This document shows positions 61,501 through 64,000 of a DNA stretch of 64,000 nt, in pieces. Source of the DNA: Anaeramoeba ignava BMAN (lineage: Eukaryota > Protista > Anaeramoebae); NCBI GenBank assembly GCA_028826165.1, contig JAPDFW010000077.1, forward strand, positions 248,001-312,000, read 5' to 3'. Below the pieces are notes generated by a model. It saw only the letters and a program-made list of their open reading frames with translations, searched no databases and was not told the DNA's origin. The position numbers and the translations under genes are program-made. How positions within the stretch are numbered: the first letter of the stretch is position 1; each line of letters starts with the position of its first letter.

Positions 61501-62425
61501 TTAGATTTATTTTAATTTATTATTTATTTATTAAGTTTATTTAGAATTATATTTAAAATAGATTTATAATTAATTTATAATTAATTATTATTAATAAATT
61601 AAATTAAAAATTAAATAAAAATTTTAATCAATTTTATATCTAAATTTAGATTTATTTTGATTTAATATTTATTTATTAAATTTATTTAAAATTAAATTTA
61701 AAATAGATTTATAATTAAATTATAATTAATTACTATTAAAAATTAAATTAAAAATTAAATAAATATTTTAATCAATTTTATATTAAAATTTAGATTTATT
61801 TTGATTTAATATTTATTTATTAAATTTATTTAGAATTAGATTTAAAATAGATTTATAATTAATTTATAATTAATTATTATTAATAAATTAAATTAAAAAT
61901 TAAATAAATATTTTAATCAATTTTATATTTAAATTTAGATTTATTTTTGATTTAATATTTATTTATTAAATTTATTTAGAATTAGATTTAAAATAGATTT
62001 ATAATTAAATTATAATTAATTATTATTAATAAATTAAATTAAAAATTAAATAAAAATTTTAATTAATTTTATATTTAAATTTAGATTTATTTTGATTTAA
62101 TATTTATTTATTAAATTTATTTAGAATTAAATTTAAAATAGATTTATAATTAATTTATTATTAATTACTATTAAAAATTTAATTTATTTTGAATTCAATT
62201 TTAATCAATTTTATATTAAAATTTAGATTTATTTTAATTTAATATTTATTTATTAAATTTATTTAGAATTAGATTTAAAATAGATTTATAATTAATTTAT
62301 AATTAATTATTATTAATAAATTAAATTAAAAATTAAATAAATATTTTAATCAATTTTATATTAAAATTTAGATTTATTTTGATTTAATATTTATTTATTA
62401 AATTTATTTAAAATTAAATTTATAA
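58565..62425. repeat. ~3.9-kb satellite, ~143-144-bp monomer, ~27 copies
   Basis: AATCAATTTTATAT anchor at 58731, 58875, 59019, 59164, 59307, 59449 and onward. Confidence 0.93.
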
Positions 62426-62859
62426 GAAAGAGTGAATTTTTAATTAAATTAAAGTTGGATTTTTTTTCTTAAAATTTTGAAATACAAAAATCATTATTGT
62501 CAACTTTTATTTATTTTTTATTTTTTAAATTAAAAAATCAGACAAAGATTTAATTTAAAAAATTATTTCTAATTTAATTCAAAAACACGATTTCTCTCTT
62601 TTTAAAAAATAAACGGAAAAAAAAAAGATCAAAATAAAAACAAATTTTTTAAAAAAAACGTAATTTCATTTTTCATTTTTCATTTTTCATTTTTTTTATA
62701 TTTTTTTGTTTGTATTTTTTCTTTTTTAATTTCTTTTCTTATTTCTTTTCTTTATTTCTTTTTTTTTTTTTCAATTCAAATTGATTGCTTAACTTTTCAA
62801 TCAAAACTGAACAAAAAAAAAAAAAAACGGAAAAAATTTTTATAAAAAACAAAAAAAAA

Positions 62860-63102
62860 ATGAATAAACCAGGAAATCCAATAAAAGAAACACAAGAAAC
62901 AAATAAATATATTTATCTATTTGAAAAACAACAAGTATCAACAACAGAAATAGAAGGAATATCAAGAATTCAATTTCAAACAGCAGAAAATAATTGTGGA
63001 ACTCAATTTAAAGAGATTATTCAAAAAATCAAAAAAGAACTTTCAGTTGATCAAATTCAACAATTAACTCATTTGTTACTTCAAGATTTTTCAAAGATTT
63101 AA
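62860..63102 (+). CDS. Small hypothetical protein (80 aa)
   Basis: ATG in A-rich context, coding-like composition between AT-rich flanks, tandem TCATT at ~62666-62692; no recognisable family. Confidence 0.5.
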   Translation: MNKPGNPIKETQETNKYIYLFEKQQVSTTEIEGISRIQFQTAENNCGTQFKEIIQKIKKELSVDQIQQLTHLLLQDFSKI

Positions 63103-63442
63103 AAAAAAAAAAAAAGCAAAAATTGTTTTTTTTTTCTTTTTTTTTTTTGTTGATCCACTTTTTTTTCTTTTTCTTTTTTCTTATTCAAATTTTGTATTTA
63201 ATTTCTTTTGATCTTTGTTCAATTTGCTTCAGTTATCTTTTTTTTTTTGTTAAATTCTTTTTGATTTTGTTACTACAAAAATTTTCTCTTTTTTTTTAGA
63301 TCCTAAATTGTTTAGCTTCTTTTTTTTCTTTTTTTTCTTTTTTTTTCTTTTTAAAATGTGCTAAAAAAAATGATCAATAAAAAAAATTTCAGTTTAAATT
63401 TCAATTTAAAATTTTTCATTTTTTCATTTTTCTTTTTCAAAA

Positions 63443-64000
63443 ATGAATGAAATTATATTTTTTGGAAGAAATTCAAATGCAAAACTTATTAAAAATGAAC
63501 CAGATTTAATAACAAAACCAATTCAATTTAAATTTGAAAATGAAAATGAAAATGAAAATGAAAATGAAAATCAAATTAAACAAATTTCAACAGGTTATTT
63601 TTCAATAATTTTCCTTTTTAAAAATGGAAAAGCAATAGAATATGAAAAAAATTCAAATCAAAATCCTTCAAAAATCCAAATTGAAAATATTCAAAAAGTA
63701 ACTGTTGGTAATTCAAATGAAGCTATTTTAACAATAGAAGGAAATCTATTTGCCAAAGGAGGTGATATTAATTCAGAAAATCCAAAAGAATTTATCAATA
63801 TTTCATCATTAATTGAAGATACAAATGATAGAATAATTGAAGATATTGTTTTTGGAAGACATTCAGTTTATTTCTTAACTTCAAATCAAAATGCTTATGG
63901 AATTGGTTCAAATGAATTTGCTCAACTTGATTTTGGTTCTATAACACTTAAAAGAACACAAAAACCAATTTTAATGATGAAAAATGTTTCTAAAATATTT
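63443..64000 (+). CDS. RCC1-repeat protein, 5' part, paralogue of 8162-9943; runs off the window
   Basis: Starts MNEIIFFGRN and shares KPIQFKFENENE, IQKVTVG..EAILT.EGN, FINISSLIEDTNDRIIEDIV with 9251-9943. Confidence 0.9.
   Translation, partial: MNEIIFFGRNSNAKLIKNEPDLITKPIQFKFENENENENENENQIKQISTGYFSIIFLFKNGKAIEYEKNSNQNPSKIQIENIQKVTVGNSNEAILTIEGNLFAKGGDINSENPKEFINISSLIEDTNDRIIEDIVFGRHSVYFLTSNQNAYGIGSNEFAQLDFGSITLKRTQKPILMMKNVSKIF

Overview
Very AT-rich eukaryotic genomic DNA with the standard code and GT-AG introns, often with AAG acceptors and no polypyrimidine tract. About 20 tightly packed protein genes: BTB-TLDc, WD40, ankyrin-BTB, two RCC1 paralogues, divergent actin, two tandem LIM+EF-hand genes, RalGAP-alpha, SOAT/DGAT1-type MBOAT, SF1/BBP, PARP-like/B-box/TLDc, Sec24C/D, PH protein, TAF6, VAP-like, PAF1, RPA1, a 1210-aa protein resembling a bacterial-type family, and a small orphan ORF. 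A TCATT initiator precedes almost every ATG. This and the BTB/ankyrin/RCC1 content suggest a metamonad protist such as Anaeramoeba (inference only). Main signals: (1) the LIM-EF-hand pair has near-identical promoters, short introns and 3' flanks but strongly, mostly non-synonymously, diverged exons; (2) introns are inflated by gene-specific microsatellites that are G/AG-depleted on the sense strand; (3) SF1 has its SPSP phospho-motif replaced by glutamates and a candidate distant branch point in its own intron; (4) PAF1 has a candidate in-frame intron. Eight homopolymer frameshifts and two degraded stretches probably reflect long-read consensus error. Splice models were derived by hand from reading frame and homology.
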